Assembly: GCA_004764695.1 (NCBI GenBank)
Contig: SMSO01000032.1
Location: 620,001 to 684,000 of the forward strand
Origin: Schizochytrium sp. TIO01
Lineage: Eukaryota > Protista > Bigyra: Labyrinthulomycetes
Direction: 5' to 3'
Length of the DNA: 64,000 bases
Positions 25,927 through 37,200 of the stretch are shown here, in pieces (position 1 is the stretch's first letter; every line of letters starts with the position of its first letter). Below the pieces are notes generated by a model that was given only the letters and a program-made list of their open reading frames with translations, was not told where the DNA came from and searched no databases. Position numbers and translations under genes: made by a program.

Positions 25927-27001
25927 AAGTCTAGGTAGTAGTTCTTTTTTATTTATCTCTATAATCAAATTAACGATATATATTAGTAATAACAAAAAGT
26001 AGAACATATGACTTTGTTCAAGTGCACAATTTTTGCCAAACTTATTAAATGAAGACGAAAACATATCTAAGACAGGGCTCACGGTTGTGCAGTACTACTC
26101 TCTGTGGAAAGGCTTTGGAATTTATTTCAATTATCATTTTTTCCTTCAAGAAAAGATGAGACTCCAAAAGCTGACCGATAAGATACTCATTCAAGAAGCA
26201 TCGCTAATTTAGATGGATCTAAAAACAAGTGCAACAAAGTAAGAAAAGGATTCAAAGTTTAGCAGAAAAGTAGTATTGATTAGGCTGGATATTATTTATT
26301 TATAACAAAACAAAGCTCTACAGGTCATGATTCGATGACCTTAAATGACCTTGAAAATGACGAACCTGTTTAGGCGAATGAAGTACGTGCTACCGTTCTA
26401 CAAAGGATAACATGCCCTACCAAAAACACACAATCCCTCTTCTCAAGATCCTTGATCCAGGCTTAATCCGATTAAATATATGATTTCTTTAGTACGATAG
26501 CTGAAGGCCAACCGTAAGTAAATGCGACAGTAGGTGATTTGTTTAAAGGTGTAGCAATTATTTCTGCTTCACACAAACATTCTATAGTCAGTTCAGGAGG
26601 TTTTATTTGGGCTGACAATAGCAGGGCTTCCCAGTTCAGAGGTACGTAGAGGGTGAACGAAATGCGTTTTTTGATTTTGTGCTACATTGTTTCTGCAGTG
26701 CAATGAAGCTAACTATCTTTGTTGCTTTTCACCCAATAGTTTCGCGGTCTGATTCATTTTCAAGCGATAATACGCAAACGATACATAAATACACCTTGGT
26801 CATCAGCTCTGAGAATCGTACAAGTCTTATGAAAATTAATTGAATATCATCAACATGAACCTCATCGTTGAGCTCATAGTACACATTCCTGCTTGTCTAA
26901 ACCAATCTTAATGTTGATTGAGAGAAACCAACACTATTTTTATTCATAAAGTAATTTTTGAGTACTGAAGTTGAAAGTTCAATGGAAGTACTAGCTCTAC
27001 T

Positions 27002-27706
27002 TTATTCCAATGCCGCAAGCAAACCTCGAGCACCCTCTCCAGGTACTTTTGCCAGTATCTTCACGAGCCTTAAACGCTTAACACACAGCCTAGTTTCGAC
27101 AGCATCCAGGTCTAGACATCTTTGTAACACTGCCAAAGCCACAGAAGCCGTAATCGAAGACCCCGTTCTCGCCGAAGCAAGTGCAGCACCTGTTACTGCC
27201 GCAAGAAAGGCAGTGTCAGTCAGCATAGCATGCCGAAATCTTGAGTCTAAGCAGAGCCACCTGGCAACCTCCAAAGCAGCGAATGACGCGCAAAGGCCTT
27301 GTTCTACAGCGGTCTCGAGCGCCACGAAAATTGCAGCGTGAGCTTTCTTTGAGCCTAGCTTTGAAGCCGCTTCCGATACAGCTGCAGAAACAGCTTCTAC
27401 GCTTCGTAAACGCAACAACGCCGCCAAAAGGCCAGCAGAAGCCTTAACAGCACCCGCACCGGCAAGCCACTCAGCGTCACTCGCTGTCACGAGTTGATAT
27501 TTCTCATTCTGCTCAGGTTGGCAACTTGGGAGCGCTTCGGAACTTCTCTCGTTCTGATTGGAATGACGCAAGTCACCGTGAAGAGGAGAAGGCGCGCTCT
27601 GCGAAGGTACAGAAGGACAACATCGAGCTAGCTCAAGAGCATAGAATGACACAGAGGACATGGCGCGCCAGAGAAAGAGCTCTGCGTAGAGGAACAATTT
27701 CATCAT
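27002..27706 (-). CDS. Hypothetical all-helical (ARM/HEAT-like) protein, up to 234 aa; start may be the ATG at 27661
   Basis: The C-terminal ~165 aa are Ala/Leu-rich amphipathic helices (e.g. ALEVARWLCLDSRFRHAML, ALAVLQRCLD). Lies head-to-head with the 28367 gene. No specific family recognised. Confidence 0.6.
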   Translation of the reverse strand: MMKLFLYAELFLWRAMSSVSFYALELARCCPSVPSQSAPSPLHGDLRHSNQNERSSEALPSCQPEQNEKYQLVTASDAEWLAGAGAVKASAGLLAALLRLRSVEAVSAAVSEAASKLGSKKAHAAIFVALETAVEQGLCASFAALEVARWLCLDSRFRHAMLTDTAFLAAVTGAALASARTGSSITASVALAVLQRCLDLDAVETRLCVKRLRLVKILAKVPGEGARGLLAALE

Positions 27707-28366
27707 ATGGTGTTAAAATTAAAATGCACAACGTACATTTTCAAGAAAGGACAAAATAATAATAAGAAGAAGAATGATAGTGACAAATAGGACTGTTTAT
27801 CACACCCTGATTTTTCCCACGAAAGGTATCAAAATCGATATGAATTGTTCGGACTTTCAGAGGTGGAGATCAAAATCGGAGTGATTTAACACAGATCCAA
27901 AGAGCACAGCTTCACTTGAATTCTTGAAGAACTCGAATTTTACTCCGATACTGCCTGTTTTAGATTTGGAAATAAAGAAGATATGAGAAACGAAACGAGC
28001 TCTGATACGACCTCTGCCGAGTACATCAAGTTTCATGTGGCAAACAATTCATTCAAGATATATAGGTTTCCCACCAAGACCTCCACTCGAGCTTCGAGCA
28101 AGATGCGTGCTTGGTCTATCTACAAATGAGCTTCTTGGTTGCTTTGCAGTTTTATTTTTTAAAGTTATCTGTTGAGCAAAGAGCATAAAATATGAGATAT
28201 GAATATACCCAACACTCGAATAGTCAAAATGCAAAACCACAAAGCTTAGAACCTCCTCTCGCGCACCAAACATTGGCCCTGGACGTCTGTACGTGTGAAA
28301 GAAAAGATCTGCACATAGCTGGGGTCAAAGCGTAACATCCTTTGCAGCCAGTAAGCAGCTAGCTTC
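27707..28366. promoter_or_regulatory. Putative bidirectional promoter region between divergent genes
   Basis: 660-bp AT-richer spacer between two head-to-head ORFs; no specific element identified. Confidence 0.4.
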
Positions 28367-30352
28367 ATGGCAGCTGCTGACGCATCCGCTGTGAGCGGCG
28401 AAGGCACTGGCGCAGATGGCGCGGGTACCACGGCTGCTGATGGCGGTAGGCGGCACTGGCGCACAGGAATGCTGACTAAACGAGGGCTCTTAGAGAAGCG
28501 TGTCCTTGAGCTTGCCGCAAAACAGAAACCTGATGTGCTGGCAACTCATGGCACTGTGCAGTGGGCACCGTTCGAGAAGGACTCGCTGCTGGTACCGTGC
28601 GTTGTTGTACCCGCGACAAGACTGCGATCAAGAGAGCAACTACAACTAGCAAAGGAAGCACTAGCATCCAGAAGACCTACTGTGATTGTGTTTTGGCTGG
28701 GCTATGGTAGTTTTGGCAAAGTTAGGCTGAAAGACCTCGTCCCATACAAACGCAGAGGAGCAGACCCCAATGTGGTTGCGGCTAACCTAAACGCCAATGC
28801 GAGCTTACACGCGAACTCCAACGTGATCAGTGGCTCTGCTGATACAAATATAGGTACGGTGAACTTGAACGGAACGAAGACGGATGCAGGGGATTTGAAT
28901 GTCAGTGTGGCATATACGGCGAGTATGAATGTAAATGCCTCAATTGCAAATTACATTTCTATCGGGAATGCTACTAACGCCATGGGGATTGCTCTTGATC
29001 CAACAGGGTCAAACGCAGCAGGAGCTCAAGCACTGGCACTGGGTTATGGACTACTGGATAAAAATCTGGCTTTTCTTGAGCACGCAAGGCATGAAGCCGA
29101 CGCAGCGTTGGAAGACCCACTCGCATATGTGGAGAGGCATAATGTGCAGGCATCACTCGCGGACGAGTCAGAAGATGCTCGTTCTGTGAGATCAGGTCGC
29201 TCATCAATCGCTACACGTCGACATGGGCAAACTTCAGGGGCGCTTTTCTCATCATCTGGTACAGGAACATCGAGAATACCTTCAGGACCCATTCATGGAA
29301 GCGACCCCTTTGAACCAGAGTGGGTCGATCGATTAAGCTCACAGATCGCTCGCCGTCACCAGCTTCCACAACACACTAGTAAACCCATCCCAGCGTCGCT
29401 GGCAGTCGCTATCAACGGAGCCGACGAAATTGCTGCGGCAGCAACCGAAGGCGCAAGTGCTAGTATTTCTGCAGATGGAACCGGACAGAATGATGACACT
29501 GTTCTCCACGCCTTCGAGGAAGCTCAGGATCTAGCAGTGCAACTCGAAAGTCTTGGAGATGCGCATCGTAATGGAGGTGCAGGGAGTGATGAGGACCTTC
29601 ATAAAGATAATGCGGACATCATGGAGGAGGAGGACGAAGAGGATGACATGAGCGACAGCTTCGACGATGATGAGGATGATGATAATGATGACAGTGACGA
29701 GGATGATGGAGACAACGAGGATGAATACCTTCCTGAGGATGTGGTTCCTTCCGCTGCTAGGAGGCTTAAGTCTGCATCTGCCTCAAAATCTAAAGAAAAG
29801 AAGCACAAGTCCAAAAAAGACAAAAAGGATAAGAAAAAGAAAAAGAAGAAGAAGAAGTCAGATAAAGACAAAGGCAAAGACAAGAAACGCAAACGCAAGG
29901 AACGCTCTGATGAAAAGTCTTCTAAACAGCCATCGAAACGTACAAAGATTGAAGAGTCCACGAGTAAGGCCCCTTCACCATCAAACCCAACGGAATCAAC
30001 AGCAACAACAGCAAAATTATCAAGTGACCAAAAGGGCACTACGGTTGCTGCTCTAAAGCTATCTCCAGAAGAGTCTCTGCATCGTCTCCAAAAAACTAAA
30101 AAGAAACTCATTGCATTTGTTGAGCACCCAGAGCTTGCATCAAACGAAAAGGCAGTCGGAAAGGCCGTTCAGCTTCTCCAGGAACTCGCCGCATTTCCTA
30201 TAACTGAGACTTTGTTGCGTCAAACTGAAATAGGACCCATTGTTGCTTCCCTTCGATCGCATGAGAACGATCAGGTGAAATCGTATGCGCGAGCTTTGCG
30301 CAGCATTTGGAAAGAAGCTCTTGTGTCACAACAAAGTCAAAGTGCAACCTGA
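28367..30352 (+). CDS. PWWP-like domain + acidic/Lys-rich linker + C-terminal TFIIS N-terminal (TND/Med26-type) domain; nuclear chromatin/elongation protein
   Basis: 661-aa ORF. QWAPFEKDSLLVPCVVV...VIVFWLGYGSFGKVRLKDLVPY resembles a PWWP barrel (~28555-28750). D/E run ~29620-29730. Poly-K NLS-like tract ~29790-29900. AVQLLQELAAFPITETLLRQTEIGPIVASLRSHENDQVKSYARALRSIWKEAL matches the TFIIS-N pattern (~30160-30325). Confidence 0.88.
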   Translation: MAAADASAVSGEGTGADGAGTTAADGGRRHWRTGMLTKRGLLEKRVLELAAKQKPDVLATHGTVQWAPFEKDSLLVPCVVVPATRLRSREQLQLAKEALASRRPTVIVFWLGYGSFGKVRLKDLVPYKRRGADPNVVAANLNANASLHANSNVISGSADTNIGTVNLNGTKTDAGDLNVSVAYTASMNVNASIANYISIGNATNAMGIALDPTGSNAAGAQALALGYGLLDKNLAFLEHARHEADAALEDPLAYVERHNVQASLADESEDARSVRSGRSSIATRRHGQTSGALFSSSGTGTSRIPSGPIHGSDPFEPEWVDRLSSQIARRHQLPQHTSKPIPASLAVAINGADEIAAAATEGASASISADGTGQNDDTVLHAFEEAQDLAVQLESLGDAHRNGGAGSDEDLHKDNADIMEEEDEEDDMSDSFDDDEDDDNDDSDEDDGDNEDEYLPEDVVPSAARRLKSASASKSKEKKHKSKKDKKDKKKKKKKKKSDKDKGKDKKRKRKERSDEKSSKQPSKRTKIEESTSKAPSPSNPTESTATTAKLSSDQKGTTVAALKLSPEESLHRLQKTKKKLIAFVEHPELASNEKAVGKAVQLLQELAAFPITETLLRQTEIGPIVASLRSHENDQVKSYARALRSIWKEALVSQQSQSAT

Positions 30353-30555
30353 TAGGTAAAGCAATTGTCATCCAAGCACATCCTTAAATGCAGCCTTATC
30401 TCCAATGGCGCAGCGCTTAAAAGCATATTTTCCGTCTCCACAGGATATATACAACATCTTTCGCATAGACGATAATCGTCTACTTAGCTTCACGCAAGTG
30501 TCAGGAATGAGCATATGCTATTAGGCACACACAACTGAAAACAAACTTGGGAGAG

Positions 30556-30583
30556 TATGCATGCCAAGGGGTTGGCATGCATA
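30556..30583. other. Perfect 12-bp inverted repeat (hairpin) with GGGG loop in the convergent intergenic spacer
   Basis: TATGCATGCCAA-GGGG-TTGGCATGCATA. Confidence 0.85.
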
Positions 30584-31102
30584 GATAAAATCATACTTAC
30601 CCTCAAAATGATAATTCATTATTTTATGTTTTTTTAATCCTGGAAAGGCGACAGCGCATACACAAAGAATAGAAAACAAAAGAAAAAACACGCTGGGCAC
30701 CTTTATTTTGATTCTAAAATTATCGTTTGTAACTTATCTGTCCAAACCTCTTTTCTATCTTTTAGGTTCGTCTTGCAGATAATTTTAGGTCATTCATGTC
30801 AACTAATTTGATTCTAAATGCATCATATATAAACTATGGAGTTGTCTTCTTAAGTTGTGGCTACTAGTTAGAAGTTGAGATATAAAGCCGACATATAGAA
30901 CTTTAAATAGAAATCACATGAAAGAACATACCCAGTAGGATTGAAGAAGCGCATATTATAAAGAAGTAACAACTATATTTTTATTTTTTTATTGTTGTAC
31001 TAGTACTAGTCTTACAGTGACTTGAAAATAAATCTCGAAAATACAGAAGGGTGAGATTGCACTCCTAACCTTTTTCTGTCTGTGCTATCTGTTTTTTTAT
31101 TC

Positions 31103-31158
31103 TGTTTTGTTTTGTTTGTTTGTTTTGTTTTGTTTTGTTTTGTTTTGTTTTGTTTTGT
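31103..31158. repeat. (TTTTG)n pentanucleotide repeat downstream of the giant gene (CAAAA on its strand)
   Basis: tgttttgttttgtttgtttgttttgttttg... Confidence 0.9.
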
Positions 31159-31290
31159 TCGTACCCTCCCGATGTTTCTTTTTTTTCTTTTGTTTCTTCT
31201 AATTGCAGATAAATCGTGCTCTTTGTTTTGTTGTTGTTATTGTTGTAAATTTGTTTTTTATTTCTTTTTGAGAGAAGAGATATCTTTCTT

Positions 31291-34200
31291 TCATTTTGAA
31301 GATGTTGCTGACGACGAAACCCGGCAGAACCGCATTGTAATGGAAGGATACGATTCTTTGATCTTCGTCGATACCTCGCTAAAATTCAAGCCGCGGGTCG
31401 ATTCACCATTGATGCTCATGAGAACATCACCTGCACAGAGACGTCCACAAAGTTCCGCAGGACCCTTGGTGTTATTCTCAAGAGTCTTAAACCCAGTCAC
31501 TACAACGAGATTATTCGGTAACCTGCCCAGACGCAAACCAAGCCCATGACGAGTATCAAAACGAACCTCAAACGAAGAAGACGAGCCGTGCTTGACTTCT
31601 TCCAAAACTCGTTGTGGTGGTTCATCATCAGCATCTGATCCGCGCAAAAGAAAATTCAGTAAATCAGTTTCAAGTTCCACCTCGCCTGCGCTCAACGAGC
31701 TATCATCATCAGGACTCAACCACTGCCGTGGCAAAGGTTCCTCGGCACCATCAGAAAACCGAACAATGTATTGCCCATCACCAACAATTGCAGCTACTAC
31801 ACCCTGAAAAGCAGCACCTTCGCCACCATAAACGACACGCACTGGCGTATTCACAGGCAGAAAACGTTGGATGCGCCAGCGTGGAACATTAGCCTCCACG
31901 CTACCATCATCGAAAGCTACACGAAAGTCCGGCAAATCACCACCATCCATGACCCGAGCTAATTGCCAACGATCAGTTCTTTCATCAAGCACCTCAACAA
32001 TGTCACCACGGCAAATCTCTAGAAAGGAGCTCGAGCTAGTTGTTGCTCCTAAATGAGTAGCACTACTCTGCGCTGCACTGCTGATACTACCAGTGCTTCC
32101 ATTCTGTGAACTCTGTGCATGGGCATCATCAAGAGCAAGACCGCTGCCTGGACTGCGAGATCTGTCGTGGTGTTTTGCAGCGAGTAAATCTTCAATTCCA
32201 GAAAGTAGACGCATAGCAGAGGGCTCAACTGCGTCATCTTCATCACCATCATCGAACAAAACTGCATAAGTACCATCCAGCATGTTACGCCGCAAGACAC
32301 TGCCACAGTAGTAACTAGAGTCAAAGTCGTAGAAAACGACAACTCGGGTTGCAGGGGACAATTTCTCCTCCGAAGGCGTCGGTTGCTGTAGAAAAAGACC
32401 CGCGTAAAGCTCCAGGCGACGTGAGTCGACCTCGCGACCTGACTCGTAGCTTTTCTTCAACAAACCAGTTGTCTCAGAAGTCTCCTGATCGTCGTTATCG
32501 CCCAAGGAACCTGTCTCCCCCATCAACTCTGCTGAAGATTGAACAGTTTCCGATGGCTGAGAACTAAGTCGCGAATATCTGTGGAGGTCACCAGGTTTAC
32601 CTGATGACGCACTCGTAGCAGAATGAGTATCCTGAACCGGCTCAGACCATCCAAAAAAGCCTAACACTGTGCTCATGAAGCGACCTGACCTACGACCTCT
32701 CGACTTTCCTTTGCCACTTGACTTACGATGCCATAGTGAAGGCCGTAGTTGCAAATATACGTAGAGCAGAAGAACTGCACCGAGCAAACCAGCAGTGCTG
32801 CACAAAATAATCAACTTCCAGGAAAGAGCTGCAGCATTGAGACAAGACCGCTCCGGCACCTTACTACGGCGGCAAAACGCCATGGAAATGTCATCAAGCC
32901 CAATCAAACATGTATCGTTCGATGAACTGCTTTCTGGGCAGCAATACTGCACAACACTAGACTTGCAATCTAAGCAATCAGACTTACTAGCCAATTGAAC
33001 TGGTCCACCTGATCGTGCATGGAGTCTTTGGATAAGCGTAGGAGCATGCGTGGGAGCATCTGATTTGGTATCTGATGCAACGCAATAGTACGAGAACTCC
33101 TTTGATGCGTGGCGGCGAATTACCACATCCTCAGCTCGTGTCCACAGTCGTCCAGGTAGACTCTTGCCTACAGCACTTGCTGGATCCACAAGTTGCTTCC
33201 GAACAACTGTTTCCACGTCAAGAATATTCATTGTTGCATTCATGTAGATCACAAGGCTAACAACAAATGATTCACCTTCTCCGCTTTGGTCCTCCGACAA
33301 CTCTGTTAGAGTATCAAGTTCCACCAGACTCTTTTCAATTTCAAGAGCGCTTGCCACGATTGAATCAATGTGACTAGCACGGGCGCGCATATCCATAAGG
33401 ACACGACGATCATCGTGGTGCTTCACGTCTATGTCAAAACGAAAGCTGACCTCCAACATCATCTGCTCAAATGGGTCATTTGATTTCACGTTCGCGCATG
33501 AACCCAGGTTGCAGGGCCGCAGGCTCACCATCTCGTAGGGGCAGCCACCACTACTTCCCCCGTTGGGGAAGTACGCCTCACGGTGTCGCCTCTCAAAGCC
33601 TGGCCCACAAGCACGGTCACAAATAGACCACGGGCCCCAGGATCCAACACGGCATTCATTATCCAAAATATCCAACGCAATTTCATGCGAACTGCTTGCA
33701 TACAAAAGATCTGACGAAGCGCTTTCGATCCGAATAAGGCCTGTTCGTGTTTTTGGATCCACCAGTTCGTTTTCAGGAATTTTGAAATGCAGACGTTGTG
33801 TTGAGTTCCATGTGGACGCATCATAGCGAAGTGTCCATTTCTGGGTGAGGTGGAGACCATCATCTACCCCACTAAATACTGGCATCAGGACAGTCACACT
33901 GAGCACAACCTCGCTCCACGGCTCGGATGCAAGCGCTAAGCCGAGCTCCATGTCAGTTCCTTCCACAGTGTCGAGGCGATGGACACTTCCCAACCGGGAG
34001 AGGGCCGGTTCTTTTCCAATTTGGAAAACAACCCCTGCCCTTTTCGAGTCCACTAGATCAACCGCCATGCTGGTAACTGGTAATGAGGCGTAGCGAATAT
34101 CGCTGCTCATTACTTCATGGGAAATATGCCAGCGGCGCACTGAAGGCTGAGCAGGGTTTGCGCGTTCATCTAAGAAATTATCAAGCTTTGTCACGCTCAC

Positions 34201-37200
34201 GAATTGAGGCAGACTCCAATTATCCTTGGTGAACTTCAAACTAGATGGAGTAATGCTCAAACCAGTACCAATATAACATACGGAACCAGAGTTTGTGCAG
34301 TCTGCTGCCTCCCAACAACCGTCTGTATAGCTCGGACCGCCAAGTCCAGACCGGAGACAGTGTCCAGGCGGGCTCCTAATATCAATAAGAACATCACTTT
34401 CTGGCATGTGGCTTAAGACTGCCATGTAACGCACAAATGCACCTTCACCCTCCATAGCCTTAAGCACTGGCATTGCCGGGTTTTCGGAACGAACTTCAAG
34501 TCGAACTTGTGATGACTCAACAAAATACGCATCCATCACAAGAGGCTCTAATTTCTTATATGCTGGATCATTGGAAGAAACAATTACGTTTCTGAGTTGA
34601 ACGATGTCACCGGACGTACCAGACACATTAACGCCCCCAAACATGCCAGAAGAGCTTGCTCGTACAGTCACAGGAACATTCCACTCATCAGACTTAATCT
34701 TCAATGACTGTGGCTCGAGCCGTACCAAGCCATCCGCATTAACGTTCAAATGAACATCAGCAAAAGGCTGGCTCGTCAACTGAACAGCATAAATTTCGCG
34801 AAGCTCCGGCTCCACATTGACCTTACCATCATGGCCATCCCCAACAGCAAGACCAACATAGTCATTGTCTAAAACTCGAGCATCCAGCCAACGACTTTTT
34901 CCACCACTAAAATGTGAACGATACACAGGATCCAGTGTTGCTTCTAGATCTAAAGATAGACGTACCCAGCCATTATGTGAGCTAGGCTCTGCGAAACTGT
35001 CATCAATAGCCACAACTGTAACTATTTGTGGGAGGTCCCAATCTTCTGAAGTGAAGTCAAGCCATCTCTGGTTCACAGATAATCCCATATCCGTCATACA
35101 AGTACACTGACGTACCTCGCCTTGACGGCTTCGCACAACAACCTCGTTGCCAACGCCTAGACCACAAGGACGAGTAAAGTCTGGTAAAGGGCTCGTAGAG
35201 CCCGAGACGCGGCAGTATCCTTGAGAAGCATCAACTAATACGCGCACAGGTTTCAATGGCTTTGACCCAAGTGCAACTGAGAACTGAACAGCAGATCCAT
35301 CTTCTGATACTTCAAGTTTGCTCGAACCACCACGCATTGATACCTGCACTTCAGGATCGCGATTGTCCATGCGCTCTACCTGAAGTGAGTGGTTAAGTGC
35401 ATTGTATGACGAATCCAATGAGACAGCACGATGAATTAGAGAAAGAATTAAGGGTTTTCCAGAAGCAATCTCATCGTGAACTGCACGCACCCTCACACGG
35501 TGCCAGACAGCCCAGTCAGAGGGAGCAATCTCAATTGCACTTGGTGCAAGCTCGATCAGGTCGACATGTGCAGCATGAAAAGTTGTGATGTCGATCAGCA
35601 CTGGGGACAAAGGCTCAGATGTAAGTCGCACTTGATACGAAACATCAGTATCCTCACCCTCAATAATTTGAATAGTGTCTCGATCAAGTGTAATGCTCGC
35701 CATGTCATCATCGACAATTTCAACCATAACTGTATCCACAAACCCGAGGTCTTGATCGGCACGTGTAATATAGTGTTGTACTTGACCTAGATGAATAGGT
35801 TCTTCCGCGATATTGTCATCAATGGCCATAACCTTGACCTTTTGAGGCTGGCTCCATGTTAGGGATGTGAACACAAGCTTAGAAGGCTCGACGTTAACCT
35901 TGGTACCCATGAAGCACCTTTGCCCTGCTTCACAATCAGCGTTTGTAGAACAGAAGCTGTGTGAAAGAGGAATTTGGGACACCTCCACACCTTCTACACG
36001 TTGGGTACAAAAGCCAGACGATGCTTGAACATGAACCACTGTCGGGGCACTGGCAGGGGGTAATGATGTGAGAACCACCTCGTAATAACCCGAGCTTTGC
36101 TCCCCGTCCTGTTCAAATACACGCAGTAGACCATCTGTACCAGCTGGAAATTTGATACGTGCCAAAGGTTCTTCATCATCGGTGACATTCACGCTTAAGT
36201 CAACAAAAGGAAGGTCCTTGTAACCAGATCCCTCTGTCTCCAAAACATGACGAAGCGCAACAATTCCTGAGTTTGTGTCTACCATACCCTTTGGCCAGTG
36301 CATGCCGTCATTCAGCGGAGTTACGCTCACTGTGATAGGCTTGTCCCAGTTATCTTGAGTGAAGACCATGTTACTTGGTTCCGAAAATACTTGGGCGTCG
36401 TTGCGCAATGGCCATTGAATCACAGTTATATGGACAGGGGCTAGAGGACGTGACGATAGAGAGAGAGCATATTGTGCGCTATTCCCCTCAATCACCTGTA
36501 TAACAGACAAATCTCCATTACTACCATGTGGGTCCTCAGTTTGTGAATAAGAAGTACTTGTCACAAAACTAAGTCCTGTGGAATCTACATCAATGATGCT
36601 CACGTCAACACTTAAGCTTAGACCGTCAAATTCGGCTGACGAGCTTTCACTAGTCAGGCGTAGTAACGAGTTAAGAAAGTTTCCATCCATTACATGATCC
36701 TCCAATGCTTCTACACGAACAGTCTGCTGCACATTCCAGTTCAATGCTGTGAAATCCAACTCCGATGGCACGACTGTTGCATGCGAATTAGCAAAACACC
36801 AAGCATCCTCACCTTCGACAGCACATGAAGCATTCGTAGAGCACGCAATATCGGAGAAGCCTTTTTGAAGTGACACGCATCTTCCATGATGAATAACGGC
36901 ATGGATTTTGACTGATGTACCAGCAGCGGGGCGCGTGGCGAGCTTCACTCGCAAAGACGCAGTTTCACCTTCTCCCAGTACCATATGTGTAAGATCGGTA
37001 CGGAGCGCAGGCACGTCATCGTCCACAACCTTCACAGCTACATTGGCGTTCATCTGAATACCCAAGTCCATGTACATATGGTCTGAGTCTGAACTCAGTA
37101 CATGCAAGACGGTCGCAGAATCGCGATGAGGCTGAAAGTGGGCATCTACATCCCGTGCCTCAAGGCGAACCACTTGAGGAACATCCCAATTGTTTAGATG

